From an uncultured Gammaproteobacteria bacterium (lineage in GTDB: Bacteria > Pseudomonadota > Gammaproteobacteria > Eutrophobiales > Eutrophobiaceae), in the NCBI GenBank assembly GCA_963976795.1, contig CAXBLT010000004.1:107939-171938 (forward strand): a DNA stretch of 64,000 nucleotides. Reading direction: 5' to 3'. Shown piece by piece: positions 1 to 11,707 of this stretch. A model generated the notes under the pieces. The model was not told the DNA's origin and made no database searches. It saw only the letters and a program-made list of their open reading frames with translations. Numbering within the stretch: position 1 is the first letter of the stretch; each line of letters begins with the position of its first letter. Position numbers and translations under genes: made by a program.

Positions 1-10
1 GGTTTTCCTG

Positions 11-562
11 ATGCCATTAACCAATCCTGTTGAACGTGAATTGATTCATGAGCGAACTATCGAATGTAAAGGATATAAACGTAAGGATGATCTATGGGAT
101 ATAGAAGGCCATCTCGTTGATATAAAATCCTACGAATTCCCTAACTATGACCGAAATGGAATTGCAGCTGGCGAACCTATTCATGATATGTGGTTACGAA
201 TAACAGTTGATAATAACATGCTCATTCACGAAGCCGAAGCTGTTACAGATGCGTCTCCCTTTAATATTTGTCCGAACATCACTTCTAACTTTACCCAACT
301 AAAAGGCCTTCAAATTAAACAAGGCTGGCGCGGGTCGGTTAATAAAATTGTCGGAGGAACTCAAGGGTGCACACACTTGGTGGAGCTATTGAACCCACTT
401 GCTACCACCGCGTTTCAGACTATATACCCATTAGTGTCTCAAGAAATGACCTCGTCTATCCCAGGCAAAAAGCCTCTGCTTCTTAATAGTTGCCATGCTT
501 ATGCTGCTAACAGTTCGGTAGTGAAAAGGCAATGGCCAACATTCTATGAGGGCGAAGAATAA
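11..562 (+). CDS. DUF2889 family protein
   Basis: 183 aa; H-x-R-x-I...R-x-D-x-L-W-D-I-E, PIHDM-x-LR, GCTHL-x-ELL and C-terminal CHA motifs typical of DUF2889. Confidence 0.8.
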   Translation: MPLTNPVERELIHERTIECKGYKRKDDLWDIEGHLVDIKSYEFPNYDRNGIAAGEPIHDMWLRITVDNNMLIHEAEAVTDASPFNICPNITSNFTQLKGLQIKQGWRGSVNKIVGGTQGCTHLVELLNPLATTAFQTIYPLVSQEMTSSIPGKKPLLLNSCHAYAANSSVVKRQWPTFYEGEE

Positions 563-644
563 ACCTAAAATGCAGTTAGCCCGAGGATAATATCGGTAAA
601 TAACAATCCAGTAACACGAGTGATTAAATAGTACTTTCAGGATA

Positions 645-1430
645 CTAATTGCCTGAAAAGATTGGTCTCTTCTTCTCAATGAAGGCGTTCACACCGGTAG
701 CGTAATCCTCCGTTTTAAAAAGTTCGGAAAATAAGCTTTGTTCCAATTTTAATCCATCTTCGATAGAGAGTTCACGCATTGCATTGATAGATATTTTTGC
801 ATTTGCAACAGCAAGTGGCGCACGTTGGGCTATTAAGGTTGCAATCTTTATTGCTTCCTCCAACAATACATCCGGCGAGTATAATTTTGATACCAAACCC
901 CATTCATAAAGCTCCTGTGCAGAATAAATATCGCCTGAAAATGTCATCATCTTTGCTCGGTGTACACCAATGCTTCGAGCTAATCGTTGTGTTCCACCAT
1001 ACCCGGGGATTAGCCCGAGGCTGACTTCGGGCAAACCGTACTTGGCTTTGTCACTCGACAGAACAAAATCGCACGCCAGAACTAACTCCATTCCACCACC
1101 TAAAGCAAAACCATTGACGCATGCGATGACAGGGATAGGTAGATGTTCTATCGCATTAAAAATTTCCTGTCCGCGGTTTGATAATATCCTGGCTTGATCA
1201 GGAGATATGTTTTGCATTTCTTTTATGTCTGCACCTGCAACGAAAGACTTTTCTCCCTCGCCAGTTACAATTAGGCAGCGTAAATTATTATCTTTGAATA
1301 TATTGTCTATAAAGTCCTTGAGCTCATTTAAGAGTTCTTTATTCAGGGCATTTAAGGCTTTTGGGCGGTTAATCTTTAATAGTCCAACGCCATCGACACA
1401 GGTTTCAAAGTTCAAGGTATTAAATGTCAT
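645..1430 (-). CDS. crt: Enoyl-CoA hydratase (crotonase)
   Basis: NRPKALNAL, FVAGADI, NGFALGGGMEL, GLPEVSLGLIPGYGGTQRL crotonase motifs. Confidence 0.9.
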   Translation of the reverse strand: MTFNTLNFETCVDGVGLLKINRPKALNALNKELLNELKDFIDNIFKDNNLRCLIVTGEGEKSFVAGADIKEMQNISPDQARILSNRGQEIFNAIEHLPIPVIACVNGFALGGGMELVLACDFVLSSDKAKYGLPEVSLGLIPGYGGTQRLARSIGVHRAKMMTFSGDIYSAQELYEWGLVSKLYSPDVLLEEAIKIATLIAQRAPLAVANAKISINAMRELSIEDGLKLEQSLFSELFKTEDYATGVNAFIEKKRPIFSGN

Positions 1431-1468
1431 TTAGACTCCTTAACGGTCGTTCCAGTAAAATGGATTTT

Positions 1469-2311
1469 TTAGTAGTTATAAAAACCACGGCCTGATTTTC
1501 GACCCAACCAGCCTGCTTCTACGTATTTAACTAATAGAGGGCAGGGCCGGTATTTGCTTTCGCCAAGTCCTTCGTGCAAAACATGCATTATTGCAAGACA
1601 TGTGTCTAAACCAATGAGGTCCGCTAATGCTAAAGGCCCCATCGGTTGGTTGGTTCCTAATTTCATAGCCTGATCGATATCTTCTTCGTTAGCAATACCT
1701 TCGCTAAGGGTAAATATTGCTTCATTAATCATAGGCATCAATATGCGGTTCACGACAAATCCAGGGCGATCATTAGCTTCAACAAAAACTTTTTCCAGGG
1801 TTTCTGTGAGTTTCCTTACTTTTTTGAAAGTATCATCAGAAGTTTGAAGACCACGAATACCTTCTACCAGTTTCATCACGGGTACGGGATTCATGAAATG
1901 CATACCACAGACTTGTTCTGGGCGTTTTGTTACTGCAGCCATTTTTGTGATAGAAATCGATGATGTGTTCGAGCAAAGCAAGGCTTCGGTTTTACAAATA
2001 TCATCTAATTGTTTGAGGATATTGAGTTTTAAGTCTACATTTTCTGTGGCTGCTTCAATTACACAATCACATTGGGCTAGATCGTTTAGTTGGGTGGTGA
2101 TTTTAATATTGTCCAGAAGTGCTGTTTTCTCCTCTGCATTCATTTTTTCTTTTTTTATGAGGCGATCACAATTTTTGCCAATGGTATTCAACGCTAAATC
2201 CAGGGCATCTTGACTAATGTCTGACAATATAATTTGGTAACCTTTTTGTGCCGCAACCTGAGCGATACCATTGCCCATTTGTCCTGCACCTACTACACCT
2301 ATTTCTTTCAT
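1469..2311 (-). CDS. hbd: 3-hydroxybutyryl-CoA dehydrogenase
   Basis: GAGQMGNGIA Rossmann motif, SNTSS, GMHFMNP, GFVVNR, PMGPL-x-LAD-x-IGLD. Confidence 0.92.
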   Translation of the reverse strand: MKEIGVVGAGQMGNGIAQVAAQKGYQIILSDISQDALDLALNTIGKNCDRLIKKEKMNAEEKTALLDNIKITTQLNDLAQCDCVIEAATENVDLKLNILKQLDDICKTEALLCSNTSSISITKMAAVTKRPEQVCGMHFMNPVPVMKLVEGIRGLQTSDDTFKKVRKLTETLEKVFVEANDRPGFVVNRILMPMINEAIFTLSEGIANEEDIDQAMKLGTNQPMGPLALADLIGLDTCLAIMHVLHEGLGESKYRPCPLLVKYVEAGWLGRKSGRGFYNY

Positions 2312-2390
2312 GGTTTTCCTGTCCTTAAATACTATTTTTATTGTGTATAAATAATGTTGGTTTTTAAATTAACTGAAAAATTACTTTTTG

Positions 2391-4058
2391 TTACATATTT
2401 CCATAATTGGGTCCACCGCCGCCTTCGGGAGTAAGCCAGGTAATGTTCTGAGCAGGATCCTTGATGTCACAAGTTTTGCAATGAATACAGTTTTGGGCAT
2501 TAATCTGAAACTTGTTTTCCCCGTTTGCCTCCTTGATAACTTCATAAACACCTGCTGGACAATAGCGTTGAGCTGGTTCGTTATAAAGAGGTAAGTTCAT
2601 TTCAATCGGAATCGCTGGGTTGTTCAATTGTAAATGGCAAGGCTGGTCTTCTTCATGATTGGTGCTCGATAAAAATACCGATGACAACTTGTCAAATGTC
2701 AACACGTTATCGGGCTTTGGATAATCAAGTTTAGAACTTTCGCTTATTGGCTTTAGCGTAGCGTGATCCGGGGTGGTGTTATGCAAGGTGAAGGGTAGTT
2801 TTCCAGATAAAATATTTTGATCAAACCATGCAAAAGCGCCACCGATAAGTGTGCCAAATTTATGCAAAGCTGGACTAAAATTACGCGTTTTATACAACTC
2901 ATCATAGACCCATGAATTACGATAGTTTTCGTTCATTGCTGTCAATTCCTTACCAGAAACATTTTCAGCTTGCATTGCCCCAAAAATTGTCTCTGCCGCA
3001 AGCATCCCGGTTTTCATTGCCGTATGATTACCTTTGATTTTGGCTCCATTCAAAAATCCTGCATTGCATCCGGCAAGTAAACCGCCTGGAAAACTTAATT
3101 TAGGGACGGATTGCATTCCACCCTTATTGACTGCGCGGGCGCCGTAAGAGATTCTCTTGCCACCCTTAAGAAAATAACTGATTTTTGGATTTAATTTCCA
3201 GCGTTGCATTTCCTCAAATGGATTCAGGTGAGGATTGCTGTAGTTTAATGCGACAATAAATCCAAGAGCGATCTGATTATTTTCCATGTGATAGAGAAAA
3301 CCGCCGCCCTCAGTTTGATTGTCTAGTGGCCAGCCAGCAGTATGCACGACCAAACCTGCTTGATGTTTTTCAGGTTCGATTGACCATACTTCTTTTACGC
3401 CCAAACCATAATGTTGTACATCGACATCTTTGCGCAGATCAAACTTTTCCATCAACTGTTTGCCAAGATGTCCACGGCAACCTTCTGTAAATACGGTTTG
3501 CTTAGCCAGTAATTCCATCCCCGGCATATAGCTATCTTTATGCTTACCTTTTTTGTCCACACCCATGTCACCAGTCAAAATACCTTTTACACTATCATCT
3601 TCGTTGTAAAGTATTTCTGCCGCTGCAAAACCAGGGAATATATCAACACCCATCGCTTCGGCTTGCTCTGCTAACCAACGACAGACATTAGCCATACTGA
3701 CAATATAATTGCCATTGTTGTGCATCGGTTTTGGGACAAGAAAAGACGGGGCTTTAATACCTTCATCTTGTGTTGTTAGATAATAGACTTCATCAGAGCT
3801 GACAGCTGTGTTTAACGGTGCACCTTTTTCTTTCCAGTCAGGAAAAAGTTCATTCATTGCCGTTGGCTCGAGTACTGCGCCAGACAAGATATGTGCTCCG
3901 ACTTCGGAGCCTTTTTCAATGACACAGACCGTTAGTTCAGTCTTATCTTTTTTCGCGAGTTGCATTAATCGACAAGCGGCTGATAATCCTGCTGGACCGG
4001 CACCTACTATAACAACATCAAACTCCATCGATTCACGTTCCATACCGGATTCCTTCAT
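2391..4058 (-). CDS. Electron transfer flavoprotein-ubiquinone oxidoreductase
   Basis: GAGPAG FAD motif, GAHILSGA, C-terminal CPAGVYE and NCIHCKTCDIKDP 4Fe-4S motif; true start may be the second Met. Confidence 0.95.
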   Translation of the reverse strand: MKESGMERESMEFDVVIVGAGPAGLSAACRLMQLAKKDKTELTVCVIEKGSEVGAHILSGAVLEPTAMNELFPDWKEKGAPLNTAVSSDEVYYLTTQDEGIKAPSFLVPKPMHNNGNYIVSMANVCRWLAEQAEAMGVDIFPGFAAAEILYNEDDSVKGILTGDMGVDKKGKHKDSYMPGMELLAKQTVFTEGCRGHLGKQLMEKFDLRKDVDVQHYGLGVKEVWSIEPEKHQAGLVVHTAGWPLDNQTEGGGFLYHMENNQIALGFIVALNYSNPHLNPFEEMQRWKLNPKISYFLKGGKRISYGARAVNKGGMQSVPKLSFPGGLLAGCNAGFLNGAKIKGNHTAMKTGMLAAETIFGAMQAENVSGKELTAMNENYRNSWVYDELYKTRNFSPALHKFGTLIGGAFAWFDQNILSGKLPFTLHNTTPDHATLKPISESSKLDYPKPDNVLTFDKLSSVFLSSTNHEEDQPCHLQLNNPAIPIEMNLPLYNEPAQRYCPAGVYEVIKEANGENKFQINAQNCIHCKTCDIKDPAQNITWLTPEGGGGPNYGNM

Positions 4059-4078
4059 AGTTTTTCGTCATGTCCGAT

Positions 4079-5023
4079 CTAGCTCAACGCTTTTTCAAGC
4101 TCAGGGATAATCTCAAACAGATCACCGACTAGACCAAAGTCAGCAATTTCAAAAATCGGAGCATCCGGATCTTTATTAATGGCAACAATCGTTCCTGCAT
4201 CTTTGATCCCTGCAAGATGTTGGATCGCGCCGGATATCCCAAAGGCCATATACAATTCGGGAGCAATGATTTTTCCAGTCTGGCCGACTTGATGGTCATT
4301 AGGAATAAACCCTGCATCAACTGCAGCACGTGATGCGCCAACTGCAGCTCCCAGTTTGTCAGCTAATGCATAGATTGTTTTAAAGTTCTCTTCGCTACCT
4401 AAGCCGCGTCCGCCAGAAACTACTTTTGTTGCCGCTTGCAGATCAGGACGATTATCGCCGCCATTTGTTTCCAATTTTACAAAACGGGTATGCGATGGTA
4501 ATTCGATATTGATTTCACGCTTTTCGATGATCGCTGACCCCGTCTTTTCTGCTTCTGGGAAAGAGGCCGTTCTAACTGTTGCGACGACGACCCCTTCAGG
4601 CACTTCAACGGTGACAATTGCATTCCCGGCGTAAATAGGGCGGTCAAATATTCTTGAGCTTTCGACGCGCATAATGTCGCTGATTTGAGGAACACCAAGC
4701 TGTGCAGCAATACGTGGTGTTAAATCTTTTCCGAATGTTGTGCTTGGTACTAGAATATGGCTGTATTCACTCGCCAGCACTTCAATCTGAGGGGCGAGGA
4801 TTGCCGCTAAGGCATGCTCATTAGCCGGGTTTTCGATCAGTAACACTGTTGTTACTCCGTTTAAAGTAGCAGCTTGTTCTGCTACGTTGCTACCATCGGC
4901 GGCAAAAATAGCAAGTTCTACTGATTCTGCGGAAAGTCCTTGGGCACATGTTACGGCACGTGCGGTTGATCCGTTTAGATGTTTGCCATCATGTTCGGCA
5001 ATGATTAATACCTTACCCATCAA
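4079..5023 (-). CDS. etfA: Electron transfer flavoprotein alpha subunit
   Basis: [35 protein letters not shown] motifs. Confidence 0.95.
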   Translation of the reverse strand: MMGKVLIIAEHDGKHLNGSTARAVTCAQGLSAESVELAIFAADGSNVAEQAATLNGVTTVLLIENPANEHALAAILAPQIEVLASEYSHILVPSTTFGKDLTPRIAAQLGVPQISDIMRVESSRIFDRPIYAGNAIVTVEVPEGVVVATVRTASFPEAEKTGSAIIEKREINIELPSHTRFVKLETNGGDNRPDLQAATKVVSGGRGLGSEENFKTIYALADKLGAAVGASRAAVDAGFIPNDHQVGQTGKIIAPELYMAFGISGAIQHLAGIKDAGTIVAINKDPDAPIFEIADFGLVGDLFEIIPELEKALS

Positions 5024-5766
5024 ATCACCCCTTTTTCTTGTAGTGCTGTAATCAACTCAGCTACAGTTTCAACTTTGATTCCCGCCTGTCTTGTGGCCGG
5101 TAAGCTTGTTTTTAATACTTTTACCGAAGCCGCTGGTTCAACACCCAGATCTGCAAGTGTGAAAGTATCGATCGGTTTTCGTTTTGCTTTCATGATATCG
5201 GGCAGTTTAACGTAGCGTGGTTCATTTAAACGTAAGTCAGTGCTGATAACGGCTGGTAGTTCGACCGCTAGCGTTTCCAGTCCAGCATCAACTTCACGAA
5301 TGACATTGGCAACATTGCCATCTATATCAATCTGGGAAGCAAAGGTTGCCTGAGGCCAATTAGCCAAGGCAGCTAACATTTGAGCCGTTTGATTATTGTC
5401 ATCATCAATCGCCTGTTTGCCGAGCATTACAATCTTCGGTTCTTCTTTCGCAATGATAGCATTTAAAATACGAGCACCAGTCAAAGGTTGAACATCTTCA
5501 TCAGTCTCGACGTGTATTGCGCGATCTGCGCCCATTGCCAGCGCGGTGCGTAATTGTTCCTGACTTGTTTTTGTACCAATAGTAATGGCTATTACTTCAT
5601 CGGCTTTACCTGCTTCTTTAAGTCGCAGTGCCTCTTCAACAGCAATTTCGTCAAATGGATTCATACTCATCTTGACACCATCAGTTGCAACGCCTGAACC
5701 GTCAGCTTTAACCTGAATGCGAACGTTGAAATCAACGACTCTTTTTACACCTACTAAAATTTTCAT
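5020..5766 (-). CDS. etfB: Electron transfer flavoprotein beta subunit
   Basis: KRVVD, MNPFDEIAVEEA, GKQAIDDD, DLRLNEPRY motifs; 4-bp overlap with etfA. Confidence 0.95.
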   Translation of the reverse strand: MKILVGVKRVVDFNVRIQVKADGSGVATDGVKMSMNPFDEIAVEEALRLKEAGKADEVIAITIGTKTSQEQLRTALAMGADRAIHVETDEDVQPLTGARILNAIIAKEEPKIVMLGKQAIDDDNNQTAQMLAALANWPQATFASQIDIDGNVANVIREVDAGLETLAVELPAVISTDLRLNEPRYVKLPDIMKAKRKPIDTFTLADLGVEPAASVKVLKTSLPATRQAGIKVETVAELITALQEKGVI

Positions 5767-5788
5767 AATTTTATTCTCTCAAAGTCTT

Positions 5789-7534
5789 TTATAGCCAATC
5801 TTCTTCAGCACTCATAACCGATTCTGAACCTGCCATAATTATCGGTGCAAGCCCATAAATTCGAGGTAAAATTTTGTTTGCAAAAAACTGTGCTGTTACT
5901 AATTTGCCTTTATAAAAATCGTCATCCTGTTTACCCAATGCAGCCTTGGCCGCTTTGACCCAGAAGTGACCATGTGTTACCAATGAATACAGGGTCAAGT
6001 ATTCAACGGCAGTAGCGGCAGGATTTTGTGGGTCTTCCTGAGCAGCTGTAGTTAACCATTCTGTTGTCTCATCAAGTAGTTTAAGTGCTGTTTTCATTGG
6101 TTCGACAATGAAGTTCAATTCATTATTGTTTGATTCTGCCGCAAGATCATTAACCATTTCTTTGATAAAGATTTGGGGAAGATTCATTTTCATTTTTCTG
6201 CCAACCAGGTCGAGTGACTGAATGGCATTGGTGCCTTCATAGATGCAAAAAATCTTGGCATCACGGATATATTGTTCCATTCCAGACTCACGAATATAGC
6301 CCGCACCACCGAGGACAAGTACACCAAGGTTAGCGACTTCACAACCCACGTCTGTAGCAAAAGCTTTACAGATCGGGGTCATTAACTCGACACGATCGTT
6401 AGCTGTTTTTCGGACTGATTCATCTGGATGTGCTTTGGACATATCGTATTGTTTAGCCGTGTCGTATGCGACCATCCGGCAACCTTCGGTGAGTGCCTTC
6501 ATTGTCATTATCATTCGTCGAACATCTGGGTGGTGAATAATCGTAGCGCCACCGTTAATGGCTGTCGCCTGCTTGCGTTCTTTTGCATATTCAATGGCTC
6601 CTTGCGTAGCGCGTTCTGCAACCCCAAGTCCTTGTAGTCCAACCATTAGACGCGCCAGGTTCATCATAGTGAACATATAACGTAATCCTTCATTGGGATT
6701 GCCCATCAGATAACCAGTTGCATTTTCAAAGTTCATGACGCAGGTAGATGAGCCATGTATTCCCATTTTTTCCTCGATGCTGGCACAAACGACCGGGTTT
6801 CTTTCTCCCAGATTTCCGTCACTATTAATCATGAATTTGGGTACCAGAAACATACTGATGCCTTTAACACCTGCGGGTGCATCAGGTAGACGAGCGAGTA
6901 CCAGATGAATTATGTTGTCAACAAAATCATGCTCTCCACCTGTGATAAAAATTTTGGTTCCCTCAATCAGGTATGTGCCGTCATTTTGGGCTATTGCCTT
7001 GGTTCTCACCTGACTTAGATCACTTCCAGCCTGTGGTTCCGTTAGACACATGGTTCCTGTCCATTCGCCGGTGGTAAGCTTTTCCAGGTAGGTTTTCTGA
7101 AGTTCCGGGCTGCCGTGCTCTATAAGTGCTTCACAAGCGCCATTAGTCAGACCCGGGTAAAGTGAGAAGGCATCATTGCCCGCACTCAACATATCAGAGA
7201 CTGCTGTTGCGAGAGTGTAGGGCAGGCCTTGACCACCAAAATCAGTCGATTTATCAAGCCCGGTCCAGCCACTTTCAGCATAGAGTTTATAAGCTTCTTT
7301 AAAACCAACAGGTGCTGATACGCTACCATTATCAAACTGGCAACCTTCACGATCTCCGGTCTCATTTAAAGGTGCAATCGTATTTTCGATAATTTTGGCT
7401 GCCTCATCAATCACACCTTGAACGATGTCTGGTGTGGCATCCTCAAACGCTGATAATTGGGCTAACTCAGAAACATTGATCACTTCATTTAATACAAACA
7501 TCATGTCTCGTTGAGGGGCTTTATATTCTGGCAC
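5789..7534 (-). CDS. Acyl-CoA dehydrogenase (about 580-aa DmdC/FadE5-like class)
   Basis: GTMCLTEP-x-AGSDL, GTKIFITGGEHD, KMGIHGS, IYEGTN; substrate not determinable. Confidence 0.9.
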   Translation of the reverse strand: MPEYKAPQRDMMFVLNEVINVSELAQLSAFEDATPDIVQGVIDEAAKIIENTIAPLNETGDREGCQFDNGSVSAPVGFKEAYKLYAESGWTGLDKSTDFGGQGLPYTLATAVSDMLSAGNDAFSLYPGLTNGACEALIEHGSPELQKTYLEKLTTGEWTGTMCLTEPQAGSDLSQVRTKAIAQNDGTYLIEGTKIFITGGEHDFVDNIIHLVLARLPDAPAGVKGISMFLVPKFMINSDGNLGERNPVVCASIEEKMGIHGSSTCVMNFENATGYLMGNPNEGLRYMFTMMNLARLMVGLQGLGVAERATQGAIEYAKERKQATAINGGATIIHHPDVRRMIMTMKALTEGCRMVAYDTAKQYDMSKAHPDESVRKTANDRVELMTPICKAFATDVGCEVANLGVLVLGGAGYIRESGMEQYIRDAKIFCIYEGTNAIQSLDLVGRKMKMNLPQIFIKEMVNDLAAESNNNELNFIVEPMKTALKLLDETTEWLTTAAQEDPQNPAATAVEYLTLYSLVTHGHFWVKAAKAALGKQDDDFYKGKLVTAQFFANKILPRIYGLAPIIMAGSESVMSAEEDWL

Positions 7535-7623
7535 TGGTTTCTCCTGATAAAATACTTAATAACGCTACTAAATTATAAAAATATTACACAATACGACTAT
7601 GTGGAAATCATATACTTAACCTT

Positions 7624-8394
7624 TCATTGATGGAATTTGGCGACAGCCTCTTTCAACAACCTGAATCCCTCAACTAATCGCACAGAAGGCCTGCCTAAAA
7701 AAGCTTCTGAAACAGGAATGATTCGCTGATGTTTAACCGCAGAGACTGAAGATAATAACGGATTATCACTAATGACAGAGGAACGGTATTTTTCTTCTCT
7801 TACTCCGCACCATGACATGACGATTATATCCGGATTCAATTCGGCAAACTGAGTAAACTCCAGAGGAGCACTGGTTTCTTCAAATGTTTCTAAACTATTG
7901 CGACCACCGGACATTTCAATAAGATCATGAACCCAACTCTTTTTTCCTGCAATAATAGGCGGTTTTGGCCACCATTGTATGGCGATAGAAGGGGGCGAAT
8001 TTTGTTTTTTTACCGGTTGGATGTGTTCGCGCATCTCTTCGACCAGCCTTGACCCACGATCAGGCACATCTAGTAATTCTGAAATATCGATAATGTCATC
8101 ATATACGGCTTCAAGTGATTCTGGCGCAGATGATCTGTAGGATAACCCTGCATTGATCAGAGAATCGATTACCTTGTCATGTCCTGGAACAGTTAAAGAA
8201 GCCAACACCAGATCGGGCTGTAGCTGAGAAATGACTTTCGTATCGACGTGTAGGTCGGGTCCGACTTTCGGCAAACGGGAAACTACTTCAGCAGGGTAAT
8301 CTGAATGATTGTCAACACCAACGAGATATTGTGCGCAATCTAAAGCGCAAACAATTTCCGTGTTGGAACAGGTAGTAGAAACAATTCTCATCAT
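7624..8394 (-). CDS. BtuF-like cobalamin/metal-chelate binding protein without signal peptide
   Basis: RIVS-x3-SNTEIV-x-AL, LVGVD-x2-SDYP, PDLVL, NPDII, RPSVRL motifs of the helical-backbone receptor fold; directly downstream of icmF. Confidence 0.75.
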   Translation of the reverse strand: MMRIVSTTCSNTEIVCALDCAQYLVGVDNHSDYPAEVVSRLPKVGPDLHVDTKVISQLQPDLVLASLTVPGHDKVIDSLINAGLSYRSSAPESLEAVYDDIIDISELLDVPDRGSRLVEEMREHIQPVKKQNSPPSIAIQWWPKPPIIAGKKSWVHDLIEMSGGRNSLETFEETSAPLEFTQFAELNPDIIVMSWCGVREEKYRSSVISDNPLLSSVSAVKHQRIIPVSEAFLGRPSVRLVEGFRLLKEAVAKFHQ

Positions 8395-8404
8395 TATTTA
8401 TTAA

Positions 8405-11400
8405 CTACATATTTCGGCGATACTGACCACCGACCTCAAAGAAGGTGTCAGTAATCTGCCCAAGCGAGCAGTGTTGTACCGCGTCCATTAGTGCAGCGAA
8501 TACATTTTCGTCGTTTTGAGCGGCTCTTTTTAGTTTCTCTATGTGAATTTCACTTTGTTCGCGATGACGCACATGAAAATCATCCAATCGATTTAACTGA
8601 TTTTGTTTTTCTTCTTCTGTGGATCGCGCCAATTCGATTGTTGTTTTATTTTCACTGGCATCGGGATTCTCGAAAGTGTTCACGCCGATGATAGGTAATT
8701 CGCCAGTATGTTTCAGCATTTCATAATGCAATGATTCATCCTGAATCTTGCCGCGTTGATAGCCCGTTTCCATCGACCCGAGTACACCACCACGTTCTGA
8801 CATTCGATCAAATTCCTGTAATACAGCTTCTTCAACAAGGTTTGTCAGTTCTTCGACAATGAACGAACCCTGAAGTGGGTTCTCATTTTTGGCTAAGCCG
8901 TACTCTTTATTTATGATGAGTTGTATGGCCATTGCGCGTCGAACCGATTCCTCTGTCGGTGTTGTGATCGCTTCATCATAAGCATTAGTATGCAGGCTAT
9001 TGCAATTATCGTTAATCGCAATCAAGGCTTGTAATGTAGTACGAATATCATTGAAATCCATTTCCTGTGCATGCAATGAACGTCCTGACGTTTGGATGTG
9101 ATATTTCATTTTCTGTCCACGTTCATTTGCACCATATTTAAAACGCATTGCGGTAGACCAGATGCGGCGAGCCACACGACCCATCACGGTATATTCAGGA
9201 TCCATCCCGTTTGAGAAGAAGAATGACAGGTTAGCAGCAAAATCATCGATATCCATTCCACGCGACAAATAGGTTTCAACGTAGGTAAAACCATTCGCTA
9301 ATGTAAAGGCTAATTGGGAAATAGGATTCGCACCGGCTTCTGCGATGTGATAACCCGAGATTGAAACAGAATAGAAATTCCTGACTTTTTTGTGCACGAA
9401 ATATTCCTGAATATCGCCCATTAATTTAAGGCTGAACTCAGTGGAAAAAATGCAGGTATTCTGCCCCTGATCTTCCTTAAGGATATCGGCCTGAACGGTT
9501 CCGCGAACGTTTTCCAATGCCCAGTCCTTGAGCTTCAGTTTTTCGTCATCAGTAGGTAGCCTGTTGTTTTCTTTCTCAAACTTGAGGTATTGCTGATCTA
9601 TGGCCGTGCAAAGAAAAAAGGCTAGAATTGTCGGTGCCGGACCATTGATTGTGAGTGATACCGAGGTTGATGGAGCACATAAATCAAAACCATCAAACAG
9701 CACTTTCATATCATCGAGCGTAGCAATAGATACGCCGGAGTTTCCTATCTTTCCATAAATATCAGGTCGCACACCAGGATCATTTCCATAAAGTGTTACA
9801 GAATCAAAAGCAGTTGAAAGACGGGTTGCTTCTGAATTTTTAGAGAGGTATTTAAAACGTCGATTGGTGCGGAATGGATCGCCTTCACCAGCAAACATTC
9901 GAGCCGGATCCTCTCCCTCGCGTTTGAAGGCGAATACACCTGCGGTATAAGGGAAGCTGCCCGGAATATTTTCTTCGAGCAACCAGCGTAAGATTTCACC
10001 TTCATCCTGATAACGAGGTAATGAGACTTTTGGAATTCGGGTATCAGATAGCGAACGACTTGTTATCTTGGTATGTAATTCTTTTCCGCGGATATTGACG
10101 ACATATTCATCGCCAGAATAATCTTTTTTAACTTGCGGCCATAACTCAAGTAATTTTCTGCAACGGACGTCAAGTTTATTTTCACGTTTTTCGATTAGCG
10201 CATCCAGATTACTGCTCTCTTGTTCAGCAGCATCGAGCATTTTTTTTGATTCAACTAGATATTGTCGTTCACGAGCAATGTTGACTTGTTCCTCTGATGT
10301 TTTGTGATAGTTGCGTACAGTTTCTGATATTTCAGCCAGATAACGTTGGCGTTCCGGAGCAATAATGACAGTTCGTTTGCTTGAAAATTTTGTTTCGATC
10401 GGCGAAAAGAATGAACCTTGCCAGTTATTGAATCCCTTCTCTTTAAAAATAGCGAGCATTCCCTGATACAAGGCGGTTAGACCATCGTCATTAAATTTGG
10501 AAGCTATTGTTCCATAAACAGGTAATTCCTCTGGCATCGTGGTAAATAATTCACGGTTACGCTGATATTGTTTACGAACGTCACGTAAGGCATCTTGACC
10601 ACCCTTACGATCAAATTTATTGATAACTACCAGGTCAGCAAAATCAAGCATGTCAATTTTTTCAAGCTGACTTGCGGCACCAAACTCAGGCGTCATTATG
10701 TACATCGACACATCAACGTAAGTGACGATGCCTGCATCACCCTGACCGATACCCGGGGTTTCTACGATGACCAAATCAAACTCAGAGACCTTACATAGGT
10801 TAATAACATGCGTTAGAGAAGGCGGTACTTCGCCTGATGTTTCGCGCGTCGCAATCGAACGAAAATAGATGTTGGGGCAATTCAAGGAATTCATTCGGAT
10901 ACGGTCACCCAAGAGTGCTCCGCCGGTCTTACGCTTGCTTGGGTCGATTGCAATAATAGCAATCTTCAGGTCTTTAAGATCAAGACTAAACCGACGAATT
11001 AATTCGTCGGTTAACGAAGATTTGCCCGCACCGCCAGTTCCGGTAATACCTAAGACGGGTGTTTTGCTGAATTTTTGAGCTTCTTTGGCAAGATGTTCAA
11101 GACGATTATTCGCGATTGTGTTTTCGTCCAAAGCGGTAATTAAACGTGACAGTCCTCTATAATCTTCGTTTAATCCGGTATTTTTATCTGGAATATCTTT
11201 GACTGAAAGATTGACGTCAGTCTTCTTGAGCATATCATCTATAATGCCCTGTAGCTGCATGCGTTGCCCATCTTCGGGTGAGTAAATACGGGTGACACCG
11301 TATTGCTCAAGTTCAGCAATTTCTTCAGGTACGATCACACCGCCGCCGCCGCCGAACACCTTGATGTGCTCTGCGCCGTTTTCCTTGAGCAAATCGACCA

Positions 11401-11677
11401 TGTATTTGAAATATTCAACATGACCACCTTGATAGGAACTAATAGCGATGCCTTGAACATCTTCTTGAATGGCGGCATTGACGATTTCGTTGACGGATCG
11501 GTTATGACCCAGATGGATCACCTCTGCTCCTGTTGATTGTAATATGCGACGCATGATATTAATGGCTGCGTCGTGTCCATCAAATAGACTGGCTGCGGTG
11601 ATAAAACGTACGTGATTCTTCGGCTTGTATTTTTCAGGCTTTATATTTTCACCAATCATCTTTGCTGCTGTTGCCAT
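8405..11677 (-). CDS. icmF: Fused isobutyryl-CoA mutase / MeaI G-protein chaperone
   Basis: 1090 aa; N-terminal B12 domain ([13 protein letters not shown]), [10 protein letters not shown]-loop and NKFD, mutase domain with RMFAGEG, C-terminal GGQYRRNM. Confidence 0.95.
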   Translation of the reverse strand: MATAAKMIGENIKPEKYKPKNHVRFITAASLFDGHDAAINIMRRILQSTGAEVIHLGHNRSVNEIVNAAIQEDVQGIAISSYQGGHVEYFKYMVDLLKENGAEHIKVFGGGGGVIVPEEIAELEQYGVTRIYSPEDGQRMQLQGIIDDMLKKTDVNLSVKDIPDKNTGLNEDYRGLSRLITALDENTIANNRLEHLAKEAQKFSKTPVLGITGTGGAGKSSLTDELIRRFSLDLKDLKIAIIAIDPSKRKTGGALLGDRIRMNSLNCPNIYFRSIATRETSGEVPPSLTHVINLCKVSEFDLVIVETPGIGQGDAGIVTYVDVSMYIMTPEFGAASQLEKIDMLDFADLVVINKFDRKGGQDALRDVRKQYQRNRELFTTMPEELPVYGTIASKFNDDGLTALYQGMLAIFKEKGFNNWQGSFFSPIETKFSSKRTVIIAPERQRYLAEISETVRNYHKTSEEQVNIARERQYLVESKKMLDAAEQESSNLDALIEKRENKLDVRCRKLLELWPQVKKDYSGDEYVVNIRGKELHTKITSRSLSDTRIPKVSLPRYQDEGEILRWLLEENIPGSFPYTAGVFAFKREGEDPARMFAGEGDPFRTNRRFKYLSKNSEATRLSTAFDSVTLYGNDPGVRPDIYGKIGNSGVSIATLDDMKVLFDGFDLCAPSTSVSLTINGPAPTILAFFLCTAIDQQYLKFEKENNRLPTDDEKLKLKDWALENVRGTVQADILKEDQGQNTCIFSTEFSLKLMGDIQEYFVHKKVRNFYSVSISGYHIAEAGANPISQLAFTLANGFTYVETYLSRGMDIDDFAANLSFFFSNGMDPEYTVMGRVARRIWSTAMRFKYGANERGQKMKYHIQTSGRSLHAQEMDFNDIRTTLQALIAINDNCNSLHTNAYDEAITTPTEESVRRAMAIQLIINKEYGLAKNENPLQGSFIVEELTNLVEEAVLQEFDRMSERGGVLGSMETGYQRGKIQDESLHYEMLKHTGELPIIGVNTFENPDASENKTTIELARSTEEEKQNQLNRLDDFHVRHREQSEIHIEKLKRAAQNDENVFAALMDAVQHCSLGQITDTFFEVGGQYRRNM

Positions 11678-11707
11678 TTAGTTCTCCTGTTCTCTGTACA
11701 GTTTAGG

